Assembly: GCA_040954595.2 (NCBI GenBank)
Contig: CM082577.2
Location: 8,767,846 to 8,831,845 of the forward strand
From: Balanoglossus misakiensis
Taxonomy: Eukaryota > Animalia > Hemichordata
Reading direction: 5' to 3'
DNA length: 64,000 bases
Each line of letters begins with the position of its first letter. Position 1 is the stretch's first letter. A program made the position numbers and the translations under genes. This document shows, piece after piece, positions 1 through 12,169 of the stretch. The notes below the pieces were generated by a model. It was not told the origin of the DNA and did no database searches. It saw only the letters and a list, made by a program, of their open reading frames with translations.

Positions 1-3000
1 TTCATGAGCTATAACCCATGGTTTTTGTCAAAGTATGAAGAAATTTTGATAATCCGCAAAGTCGAAAAATTGTCATTTTTGGACGATTTTCATGAGCTAT
101 AACCCATGGTTTTTGTCAAAGTATGAAGAAATTTTGATAATCCGCAAAGTCGAAAAATTGTCATTTTTGGACGATTTTCATGAGCTATAACCCATGGTTT
201 TTGTCAAAGTATGAAGAAATTTTGATAATCCGCAAAGTCGAAAAATTGTCATTTTTGGACGATTTTCATGAGCTATAACCCATGGTTTTTGTCAAAGTAT
301 GAAGAAATTTTGATAATCCGCAAAGTCGAAAAATTGTCATTTTTGGACGATTTTCATGAGCTATAACCCATGGTTTTTGTCAAAGTATGAAGAAATTTTG
401 ATAATCCGCAAAGTCGAAAAATTGTCATTTTTGGACGATTTTCATGAGCTATAACCCATGGTTTTTGTCAAAGTATGAAGAAATTTTGATAATCCGCAAA
501 GTCGAAAAATTGTCATTTTTGGACGATTTTCATGAGCTATAACCCATGGTTTTTGTCAAAATATGAAGAAATTTTGATAATCCGCAAAGTCGAAAAATTG
601 TCATTTTTGGACGATTTTCATGAGCTATAACCCATGGTTTTTGTCAAAGTATGAAGAAATTTTGATAATCCGCAAAGTCGAAAAATTGTCATTTTTGGAC
701 GATTTTCATGAGCTATAACCCATGGTTTTTGTCAAAGTATGAAGAAATTTTGATAATCCGCAAAGTCGAAAAATTGTCATTTTTGGACGATTTTCATGAG
801 CTATAACCCATGGTTTTTGTCAAAGTATGAAGAAATTTTGATAATCCGCAAAGTCGAAAAATTGTCATTTTTGGACGATTTTCATGAGCTATAACCCATG
901 GTTTTTGTCAAAGTATGAAGAAATTTTGATAATCCGCAAAGTCGAAAAATTGTCATTTTTGGACGATTTTCATGAGCTATAACCCATGGTTTTTGTCAAA
1001 GTATGAAGAAATTTTGATAATCCGCAAAGTCGAAAAATTGTCATTTTTGGACGATTTTCATGAGCTATAACCCATGGTTTTTGTCAAAGTATGAAGAAAT
1101 TTTGATAATCCGCAAAGTCGAAAAATTGTCATTTTTGGACGATTTTCATGAGCTATAACCCATGGTTTTTGTCAAAATATGAAGAAATTTTGATAATCCG
1201 CAAAGTCGAAAAATTGTCATTTTTGGACGATTTTCATGAGCTATAACCCATGGTTTTTGTCAAAATATGAAGAAATTTTGATAATCCGCAATGTCCAAAA
1301 ATTGTCATTTTTGGACGATTTTCATGAGCTATAACCCATGGTTTTTGTCAAAATATGAAGAAATTTTGATAATCCGCAAAGTCCAAAAATTGTCATTTTT
1401 GGACGATTTTCATGAGCTATAACCCATGCTTTTTGTCAAAATATGAAGAAATTTTGATAATCCGCAAAGTCGAAAAATTGTCATTTTTGGACGATTTTCA
1501 TGAGCTATAACCCATGGTTTTTGTCAAAATATGAAGAAATTTTGATAATCCGCAAAGTCGAAAAATTGTCATTTTTGGACGATTTTCATGAGCTATAACC
1601 CATGGTTTTTGTCAAAGTATGAAGAAATTTTGATAATCCGCAAAGTCGAAAAATTGTCATTTTTGGACGATTTTCATGAGCTATAACCCATGGTTTTTGT
1701 CAAAGTATGAAGAAATTTTGATAATCCGCAAAGTCGAAAAATTGTCATTTTTGGACGATTTTCATGAGCTATAACCCATGGTTTTTGTCAAAGTATGAAG
1801 AAATTTTGATAATCCGCAAAGTCGAAAAATTGTCATTTTTGGACGATTTTCATGAGCTATAACCCATGGTTTTTGTCAAAATATGAAGAAATTTTGATAA
1901 TCCGCAAAGTCGAAAAATTGTCATTTTTGGACGATTTTCATGAGCTATAACCCATGGTTTTTGTCAAAATATGAAGAAATTTTGATAATCCGCAATGTCC
2001 AAAAATTGTCATTTTTGGACGATTTTCATGAGCTATAACCCATGGTTTTTGTCAAAATATGAAGAAATTTTGATAATCCGCAAAGTCCAAAAATTGTCAT
2101 TTTTGGACGATTTTCATGAGCTATAACCCATGCTTTTTGTCAAAATATGAAGAAATTTTGATAATCCGCAAAGTCGAAAAATTGTCATTTTTGGACGATT
2201 TTCATGAGCTATAACCCATGGTTTTTGTCAAAATATGAAGAAATTTTGATAATCCGCAAAGTCGAAAAATTGTCATTTTTGGACGATTTTCATGAGCTAT
2301 AACCCATGCTTTTTGTCAAAATATGAAGAAATTTTGATAATCCGCAAAGTCGAAAAATTGTCATTTTTGGACGATTTTCATGAGCTATAACCCATGGTTT
2401 TTGTCAAAATATGAAGAAATTTTGATAATCCGCAAAGTCGAAAAATTGTCATTTTTGGACGATTTTCATGAGCTATAACCCATGGTTTTTGTCAAAATAT
2501 GAAGAAATTTTGATAATCCGCAAAGTACAAAAATTGTCATTTTTGGACGATTTTCATGAGCTATAACCCATGGTTTTTGTCAAAATATGAAGAAATTTTG
2601 ATAATCCGCAATGTCGAAAAATTGTCATTTTTGGACGATTTTCATGAGCTATAACCCATGGTTTTTGTCAAAATATGAAGAAATTTTGATAATCCGCAAA
2701 GTCGAAAAATTGTCATTTTTGGACGATTTTCATGAGCTATAACCCATGGTTTTTGTCAAAATATGAAGAAATTTTGATAATCCGCAATGTCCAAAAATTG
2801 TCATTTTTGGACGATTTTCATGAGCTATAACCCATGGTTTTTGTCAAAATATGAAGAAATTTTGAAAATCCGCAAAGTCGAAAAATTGTCATTTTTGGAC
2901 GATTTTCATGAGCTATAACCCATGGTTTTTGTCAAAATATGAAGAAATTTTGATAATCCGCAAAGTCGAAAAATTGTCATTTTTGGACGATTTTCATGAG

Positions 3001-6000
3001 CTATAACCCATGGTTTTTGTCAAAATATGAAGAAATTTTGATAATCCGCAAAGTCGAAAAATTGTCATTTTGGACGATTTTCATGAGCTATAACCCATGG
3101 TTTTTGTCAAAATATGAAGAAATTTTGATAATCCGCAAAGTCGAAAAATTGTCATTTTTGGACGATTTTCATGAGCTATAACCCATGGTTTTTGTCAAAA
3201 TATGAAGAAATTTTGATAATCCGCAAAGTCGAAAAATTGTCATTTTTGGACGATTTTCATGAGCTATAACCCATGGTTTTTGTCAAAATATGAAGAAATT
3301 TTGATAATCCGCAAAGTCGAAAAATTGTCATTTTTGGACGATTTTCATGAGCTATAACCCATGGTTTTTGTCAAAGTATGAAGAAATTTTGATAATCCGC
3401 AAAGTCGAAAAATTGTCATTTTTGGACGATTTTCATGAGCTATAACCCATGGTTTTTGTCAAAGTATGAAGAAATTTTGATAATCCGCAAAGTCGAAAAA
3501 TTGTCATTTTTGGACGATTTTCATGAGCTATAACCCATGGTTTTTGTCAAAGTATGAAGAAATTTTGATAATCCGCAAAGTCGAAAAATTGTCATTTTTG
3601 GACGATTTTCATGAGCTATAACCCATGGTTTTTGTCAAAGTATGAAGAAATTTTGATAATCCGCAAAGTCGAAAAATTGTCATTTTTGGACGATTTTCAT
3701 GAGCTATAACCCATGGTTTTTGTCAAAGTATGAAGAAATTTTGATAATCCGCAAAGTCGAAAAATTGTCATTTTTGGACGATTTTCATGAGCTATAACCC
3801 ATGGTTTTTGTCAAAGTATGAAGAAATTTTGATAATCCGCAAAGTCGAAAAATTGTCATTTTTGGACGATTTTCATGAGCTATAACCCATGGTTTTTGTC
3901 AAAATATGAAGAAATTTTGATAATCCGCAAAGTCGAAAAATTGTCATTTTTGGACGATTTTCATGAGCTATAACCCATGGTTTTTGTCAAAATATGAAGA
4001 AATTTTGATAATTCGCAAAGTCGAAAAATTGTCATTTTTGGACGATTTTCATGAGCTATAACCCATGGTTTTTGTCAAAATATGAAGAAATTTTGATAAT
4101 TCGCAAAGTCGAAAAATTGTCATTTTTGGACGATTTTCATGAGCTATAACCCATGGTTTTTGTCAAAATATGAAGAAATTTTGATAATCCGCAATGTCGA
4201 AAAATTGTCATTTTTGGACGATTTTCATGAGCTATAACCCATGGTTTTTGTCAAAATATGAAGAAATTTTAAATCCGCAAAGTCGAAAAATTGTCATTTT
4301 TGGACGATTTTCATGAGCTATAACCCATGGTTTTTGTCAAAATATGAAGAAATTTTAAATCCGCAAAGTCGAAAAATTGTCATTTTTGGACGATTTTAAT
4401 GAGCTATAACCCATGGTTTTTGTCAAAATATGAAGAAATTTTGATAATCCGCAAAGTCGAAAAATTGTCATGTTTGGACGATTTTCATGAGCTATAACCC
4501 ATGGTTTTTGTCAAAATATGAAGAAATTTTGATAATCCGCAAAGTCGAAAAATTGTCATTTTTGGACGATTTTCATGAGCTATAACCCATGGTTTTTGTC
4601 AAAGTATGAAGAAATTTTGATAATCCGCAAAGTCGAAAAATTGTCATTTTTGGACGATTTTCATGAGCTATAACCCATGGTTTTTGTCAAAGTATGAAGA
4701 AATTTTGATAATCCGCAAAGTCGAAAAATTGTCATTTTTGGACGATTTTCATGAGCTATAACCCATGGTTTTTGTCAAAGTATGAAGAAATTTTGATAAT
4801 CCGCAAAGTCGAAAAATTGTCATTTTTGGACGATTTTCATGAGCTATAACCCATGGTTTTTGTCAAAATATGAAGAAATTTTGATAATCCGCAAAGTCGA
4901 AAAATTGTCATTTTTGGACGATTTTCATGAGCTATAACCCATGGTTTTTGTCAAAATATGAAGAAATTTTGATAATTCGCAAAGTCGAAAAATTGTCATT
5001 TTTGGACGATTTTCATGAGCTATAACCCATGGTTTTTGTCAAAATATGAAGAAATTTTGATAATTCGCAAAGTCGAAAAATTGTCATTTTTGGACGATTT
5101 TCATGAGCTATAACCCATGGTTTTTGTCAAAATATGAAGAAATTTTGATAATCCGCAATGTCGAAAAATTGTCATTTTTGGACGATTTTCATGAGCTATA
5201 ACCCATGGTTTTTGTCAAAATATGAAGAAATTTTAAATCCGCAAAGTCGAAAAATTGTCATTTTTGGACGATTTTCATGAGCTATAACCCATGGTTTTTG
5301 TCAAAATATGAAGAAATTTTAAATCCGCAAAGTCGAAAAATTGTCATTTTTGGACGATTTTAATGAGCTATAACCCATGGTTTTTGTCAAAATATGAAGA
5401 AATTTTGATAATCCGCAAAGTCGAAAAATTGTCATGTTTGGACGATTTTCATGAGCTATAACCCATGGTTTTTGTCAAAATATGAAGAAATTTTGATAAT
5501 CCGCAAAGTCGAAAAATTGTCATTTTTGGACGATTTTCATGAGCTATAACCCATGGTTTTTGTCAAAATATGAAGAAATTTTGATAATCCGCAAAGTCGA
5601 AAAATTGTCATTTTTGGACGATTTTCATGAGCTATAACCCATGGTTTTTGTCAAAATATGAAGAAATTTTGATAATCCGCAAAGTCGAAAAATTGTCATT
5701 TTTGGACGATTTTCATGAGCTATAACCCATGGTTTTTGTCAAAATATGAAGAAATTTTGATAATCCGCAAAGTCGAAAAATTGTCATTTTTGGACGATTT
5801 TCATGAGCTATAACCCATGGTTTTTGTGAAAATATGAAGAAATTTTGATAATCCGCAATGTCGAAAAATTGTCATTTTTGGACGATTTTCATGAGCTATA
5901 ACCCATGGTTTTTGTCAAAATATGACGAAATTTTAAATCCGCAAAGTCGAAAAATTGTCATTTTTGGACGATTTTCATGAGCTATAACCCATGGTTTTTG

Positions 6001-6241
6001 TCAAAATATGAAGAAATTTTGATAATCCGCAAAGTCGAAAAATTGTCATTTGTGGACGATTTTCATGAGCTATAACCCATGATTTTTGTCAATAACTGAA
6101 GAAATTTTGATAATCCGCAAAGTCGAAAAATTGTCATTTTTGGACGATTTTCATGAGCTATAACCCATGGTTTTGTCAAAAAATGAAGAAATTCTGATAA
6201 TTCGCAAAAGCGAAAAATTGTTATTTTTGGACAATTTTCAT
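1..6241. repeat. 88-bp tandem satellite array, about 71 monomers, truncated at the window's left edge
   Basis: Monomer TTCATGAGCTATAACCCATGGTTTTTGTCAAA(A/G)TATGAAGAAATTTTGATAATCCGCAAAGTCGAAAAATTGTCATTTTTGGACGATT recurs at 1, 89, 177... Copies are near-identical, with more divergence over the last ~400 bp. Confidence 0.99.
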
Positions 6242-9200
6242 ATGGTTGACTGTTCATACTTGTTTTTTTTTGCATGTCTGCTCAAGTGAAAATCTGTGAT
6301 ATCGGCTCCATCACTAGTATCATCCAGGCTATCTAACGCCTAATACACAGGTGTCAACATGTCTCATGTGTATAATATTGGACTAGCGCTGTTGACAATG
6401 TGTGGCCTAGCTCTTAGGGGCTACATGATGTAGACAATTATGTACATATTACTTCTGGTACATGTAATGGTATAGGACTGCATGGTGCATGTAGAATAAT
6501 TTACAAATAGACTGAAAGCTTGTTTTAAATCATGCTTGTTAGAGGCTGTTTGTTATTTCTTGAAATTACAAATTGTTATATCTGGAAATCTTTACCACAG
6601 CACAGTAAAGTCAGCTGCTTTGTTCATTTTATCTATGAATATTTATGACCTTTTTGATTGTCAGCCTTATCACATCAGTACAAATCACAAAAAGATAGCA
6701 CATTTAAGATTACGAGGACAAGAACAGCAGCTTCAGATCAGCTAACACATCTGTAGTAAACTGTAGTACAAAAGTGTGTAAAACAAATGATAACGCTGCA
6801 TTCTCTGATAATGAAAAATCGATGATGTTGAATCCGCACATTTTGATTGGGTCAGCAGCATCGGGCAATATGGTGGGCCAACATATATTCATCTACAGGT
6901 CGTTGCCATGTGGTCATGGATAACAGTTACAAGCATGTTTTGGAACAGACTTGCAATGAGTATGATACAATTATGTCTGTCTATTAATTGGACCAAACAA
7001 AATCGTGTTTGATGTAGGAAGGCACATTTTCAAGTGAATTTTAATCCCATGTGTTCAAAGTCTGTTCAACTGTCAATTCATTCATTTAGTTGTAATTTTG
7101 TTCAAAAGTCTGTCTTGATTTTTGTTATCCCAAAATGTAAATTTTGTACATCGCTCGATTCTTAATTGCAAGACATTTTTCTTTATTCAATTGTCAGGCT
7201 TTTCCTGCCATTTTTATTTGAAAATTCCAATTCAGTTGCCATGAGATATATATTGTCATGTCTTTTTACTGACAGTAATCTTGTTATGGTTGCTGTGCAG
7301 CAAAGTTTTCATCAATTTTTACTGGTTGCTAACTGACTGTGATTTTCGCACGTTTTACTACCACCAAGTTGTTGTCTTTTGGCACGTTCTCATCACTTTT
7401 TATATATCTCCAGTAATGATATATAATTGAAAGAACGGACTCGCCCTTGACCATTCACCTTTTTATGGGCGTAGCCTGGAAGAAAACTAAAGTTTATGAC
7501 GTTTACTACGCTCATCATACGTCCATAATTTCTGTCTTTCCTTTCATCAACCATAGTGTTCAGGGCAATGACCTTCACACCTATTTAGGTTATTCTTCAA
7601 GTTTTTCTTAAAATGTAAGGGTCCGATGGACATAATTTCTTAGTATCAGAGATGTGGAAAAGATCTCCCTGGTAACCGGCAAAAACAACCAGCTACTCTT
7701 GCCTTTGAACCTGTCACTATGGACACATAAATGAGGACACAGATTTTTCAAGACAAAATTCAGTTACAATTTGAATAGATTGCAACTATCAGTGACATCT
7801 CTCTAAGGAAACAATTCTGTTCCTAAATGTGTCCTTAATAGACAGTTTAGCCAATCCAAATCACTATAAACACGAGGTGCCATTCATTCCAGCAAGCCTG
7901 ATCACAAATCCTATAGAACGGAGACATATGGTACAAAGTCCATCTCGAAGACTTCCTGAAGCTCCTGTACACAGGAACTTATCCATTTCATATACTTTCC
8001 TGTTGATGACAAACTCAAGAAACATTCCAGCTGAAGTTGACGTTTTGACTTTCTTAGTCAGCATCCGGCAAAGCTGGTGCGCGGGGAAATTTAAGACATT
8101 TCCTCCGCCCCTGCTTGCCGATTAAAACCTTGACGAGTCCAGCGTGTCAAGACCCAACTTTTCAAATCATAGAACAATGTGTTAGACACCCGCTGAGATC
8201 AAACCGAAGAAAATATAATAGGCATTTTCAAAGTTGAAACTTCAGTCTACGTCTGTTTTTTTTTTCAAAGAAGGCATAATTGGTTTGGCTGCGCCAAAAT
8301 CTAAACAAACACCCAACATATCCACTGTTATGCTAACTATGCAGAAGTCGTTCAAAATGTATTCACAGGTCAGAATAACAAGACTATCAGAAAGAAAAAT
8401 AAGCAAGCAACCAAATTTGTCTGGAGGTGTGAATGTTTTTGCTGAGGACATTGTGAGTTATGAAACCTTTGTGAACTTTGACCTCACTCAAATCAGTATA
8501 TGTCCTCTTGGCTTGGACCAAGTGGGTTTTTTTTCAAGATAAACTGAAACCAACAAATACACCTCTATTTTAACAACTTCATGGACCCATTGTTAGAATA
8601 CCATCTCATTTGTCGCAAATTACTTGTGACAATTAATACACAGATTTCATACTCCTTTTGTATAGACACCCCCCCTCCCCAAATGTTGCCTTCAGGTTAT
8701 CCCTGTTTCTTCATATGTTTTATGCCTGTACGTATGCCAAGAAGAATGTGCAAACAAAAAGTGAAATGTTTGCTACCCAACCTGAAAGGATGTGACCGAT
8801 TCCAATGGAGCAGGATGTATATATTTCCTCACTTGTGATTTGGAGTCAATGTGAAGTGTTTCTTTGGGAGTAATCTCATAGTTTACATCGTTCTTGCATT
8901 TGTGGATTTTTTGAGGAGTTTATCTGATTAAAATACCAGAACTGACCAATCAGAGCAAAACTGCTTTGCTTGGCATCAACACATACTTTGGAGGAATTAA
9001 CAATCCCTGCCTTCTTGATAATTGGTTTAACTTCGCAAGGGAAGTCATGTTGTCCCACTGTACATGCACATAATCCGTTGATAGCTCTCCTTTCCTTGTG
9101 CCCCCTGCTTGTGGATCCGAAAAGACCTCAGTGTGAAGCAGAGATTACCAGGTTATGTCCATCAAGGTTTTGAGATGTTAAGCCTGTGTGCTGCTCTTGA

Positions 9201-10108
9201 GGAGAGAAGTTGGCATTGTTCCAGCGAACAAAAAACAACAAAATCACCACTTGTGGAAATAACAAAATATAAAAGCTGCCAATTTATCTGATGTTGTTGT
9301 TTTTTCTTTTTCCTGCTTTTTTGAGTACTTAGTTTTCTCTCCCTTCAACAATCTCAAATCAAAATGGCTGTATATTCAAACACACACATGCACACACACA
9401 CACGCAATGATGAAAATCAACCACATTTACATTTGAAAATCATTAGAATTTGTTTTAATTTGGCCAATATGTACAGAATAGTATTTCACAAAAAGACAGG
9501 TGCTTGTCTGTCACGAACATTGGACAGAGATGAAAGAACAAACATTAAAATATTCAGGGGAGGAAACGGCTCCAAGAAGAAAATTAAAAGGCTAGGAAGA
9601 AAGTCTTTTGCCACTGGAAAGAAAATCCCTGCTTCTGCGAAATAACATGGATGGGCGAAACTGAAGCATTTTTTACACACATGAAGTTCTGGGTCACTGC
9701 ATGCAACGTTAGAAAACCTGATCCACCTGAAAACAGCCAGCTCGTATGCTGAAGCTGAAAAGTTTTGAACTTGAACTTTTTTCTTCAAATTTCAACACAA
9801 AACGTCCGATCTGCGCGTGTGCGAGTGCCACACTTTTGTGTCACCTTGATATTTGCACGAGTTCTCTAATTTTCTGACCAAGTTTTTCTGATTCATCAAT
9901 CCGATGACCCAGAACTAAATCTCGATTTACGTAGCAAAGTTTGCCCATTTTTTGGCCAAAAATATTACATGTGCTCACCTCTTTACTCCCTAACAAGTTT
10001 TTCAGAAAGTCAAACAGCTGGTTCTTTCCCTGGCTCTTCCAAAAAAGACAGAGCAAAAGCCAGGAGGGATACAAAGCTTAAAGTGATAGCGACATCACAA
10101 ATAAGAGA

Positions 10109-10280
10109 CAGTGAAACCTGTCTAAACCAGACACCAGAGGTACTGAGAATACTATCCGGTTTACAGGTGTCTCATGATGAGGTTTATATTTAACATGCCA
10201 TGTGAGAGTAGGCTGAGAAAATTGTTCACTGTAAACAGGTTTCCAGATTAGACAGGGTTTGGTTTAGACAGGTTTCACAG
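10109..10280. mobile_element. Tc1/mariner (pogo/Tigger-like) MITE, 172 bp, degenerate target site
   Basis: 20-bp terminal inverted repeats CAGTGAAACCTGTCTAAACC (10109-10128) and GGTTTAGACAGGTTTCACAG (10261-10280), 1 mismatch. CAGT termini are typical; flanking TA is not intact. Confidence 0.7.
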
Positions 10281-11837
10281 TTGCAAGCTGCACACTATGC
10301 TCAGCTGTTTTTGAAACGTACTTAAACCTTTTAGCTAAAACCAGTCTTCATTTTTGGCCAAAAAAACATTACAAAGAAAACAAAATTTTAAATTTTATGA
10401 TCCAGTTTGTAATTCTCACCAAAGAAAAGGAACAAAATATTAACCAGTGCAGCTAGTGCTGGCTGCTATGACAACAGCAAAAAAAAATTCATGAAATTAT
10501 CAACAGAGTGGAAACGATCATTGGCAGTATTTGTAGCATTTTAGTAGAAAATAATTCAAAATGGCCATTATCAGGGGTGCATTATCACAGCCCTGCATAA
10601 CAGCAGAAAGAAATACAATTTACACAAAAAAATATACAAATTGGTTCTATGTTACAGTCTGTTACATTTGGGTTACATTTAAAAAAGCCTATTGCACAGT
10701 GTGTCGATTTGTTACAGTTGTAACTGCCACAAAGTCACACTTCCCTCATAATTACTATATACAACACATCCAATCATTGCAATACTGTCTCCACGGTGAC
10801 TTGCAAAAGTTTTCCCATATTCTGGTGGAAAAAAAATATTGAAATTATAATTTTCCATCCTTTTTTGTGTGCTAATTAAAAACCACTGTCATGCAGTTAT
10901 AGCTAGGTTTAAATTATTGTCGTCTGTCACTCTTGTATAAACGGAAGGGTTCCCCGCGAAGAAAAAAAAATACAGAAATTATTAGTTTCTACAGTACAGA
11001 GCTGGGTAGTATGAAACAGATTTTTGCTACAAAAAATACTTGGACAATACTGGATGCTTTTGCTGCGGTATCAGAGCGATGTGGTATTGGATTCCACAAC
11101 CATGTCTGGGAAGATGTATCTGGCTACGGAGATTCCGATTCTCCCAGTGGGAAACGACAAGCGAAACAAACAAGCCCTGGGTCGATCGATCGCTATCCCG
11201 AAGAATAATCTTAATTAAACCCCGCGTTAATTGGACATTGTTTCTTGAAGATGCTGGGTCAATTATTTCTCCAGTCAGGGGTCCCAGTACCTGAGGGGCG
11301 ACCTGCAGGCATACATGTGGTGATTGTGTAGATTATCGGCCTTAGATTATGGATGATCCACAGGGCTTGCTATAAGTGTTTACATGCTATCCGCTCTGTT
11401 CAGAATAAAGGCAAGAAATATTCAGCTAAAAGTCGCACTACTAAACAAGAAAACAACACATCATTGGATTGGATGATTGGCACAATCGATTGCTGACAAA
11501 ACACTGAAAATGAACGCAACACCAACAAAAATTGTCTTTTATCTGGAATCCTCCATCAAATGTCAGGATTTCTTGTCTTTAAGGGATGCGACGACCGCTG
11601 GACTTGAAAATGAACAAGGTCGCGCTTGAAGTCCATATGTTTACTCCTTCCTTTCAGTTTTGGAAGTTGTCTTGACGACACGATCGCTCATGTAGTACTG
11701 TTGTCCGCGCCTTCTGTGCGCATCAGAATCTCTGTCAACACAAAACACATCGGTGCATTTTTTTTAAGCGTAAGATGTGGGGGCAGTGAGTGACTGTACG
11801 CAACTGTCATCCCGGACGTACGACCACCAGTTCTCTC

Positions 11838-12169
11838 CTAATCGTCCGAACTGTGGATAATCTCCCTCATATTGCACTCATTGAGTCCTTTCTCAGTCAT
11901 TGCTCTCGCGAGCTTCTTGAAGTGCGAGAACCTGGGCGCGCACGTCAGTCTGTTCTTCCCGAGCCTGACGCTGCCCATCATCAGGAAATGCCCGTCGCCG
12001 CGCTTGGCTCCGCACCTCATCGGCATCACCACGCTGCCCTTGTGGTGGCCAGGTTTCACCTCTGTAAAAATGGTCTCAGCCTGGTTGTAAATGTGTCCAA
12101 TGGAGAGCCTGATGACAGTTTCCTCGTTGTCGGGATCGTCGCTGACTTCGGCCATTTTACTTTTAACAA
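11838..12169 (-). CDS. METRNL: Meteorin-like protein, coding exon 4 (C-terminal NTR-type domain, to TAG stop)
   Basis: Acceptor TTTCCCCCCAG|TT (phase 1). Encodes VVKSKMAEVSDD...RCGAKRGDGHFLMMGSVRLGKNRLTCAPRFSHFKKL...GLNEC, matching the family C-terminus (ECGVRPGHGDFLFTG...RLGCAPRFKDF...GLNPC in human METRNL). The symbol denotes the family; this may be a co-ortholog of METRN and METRNL. Confidence 0.93.

Noticed and set aside
1-6241. CRISPR array, or the short ORFs at 2996-3181 and 6063-6275
   Set aside because: No unique spacers and no cas genes. The ORFs are by-products of indels or edge decay in satellite monomers.
6536-10193. Cluster of 60-100-aa ORFs suggesting a gene or pseudogene
   Set aside because: No recognisable motif, no consistent strand or frame and no chain of splice sites that I could build. 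A very decayed element cannot be excluded without TBLASTX.
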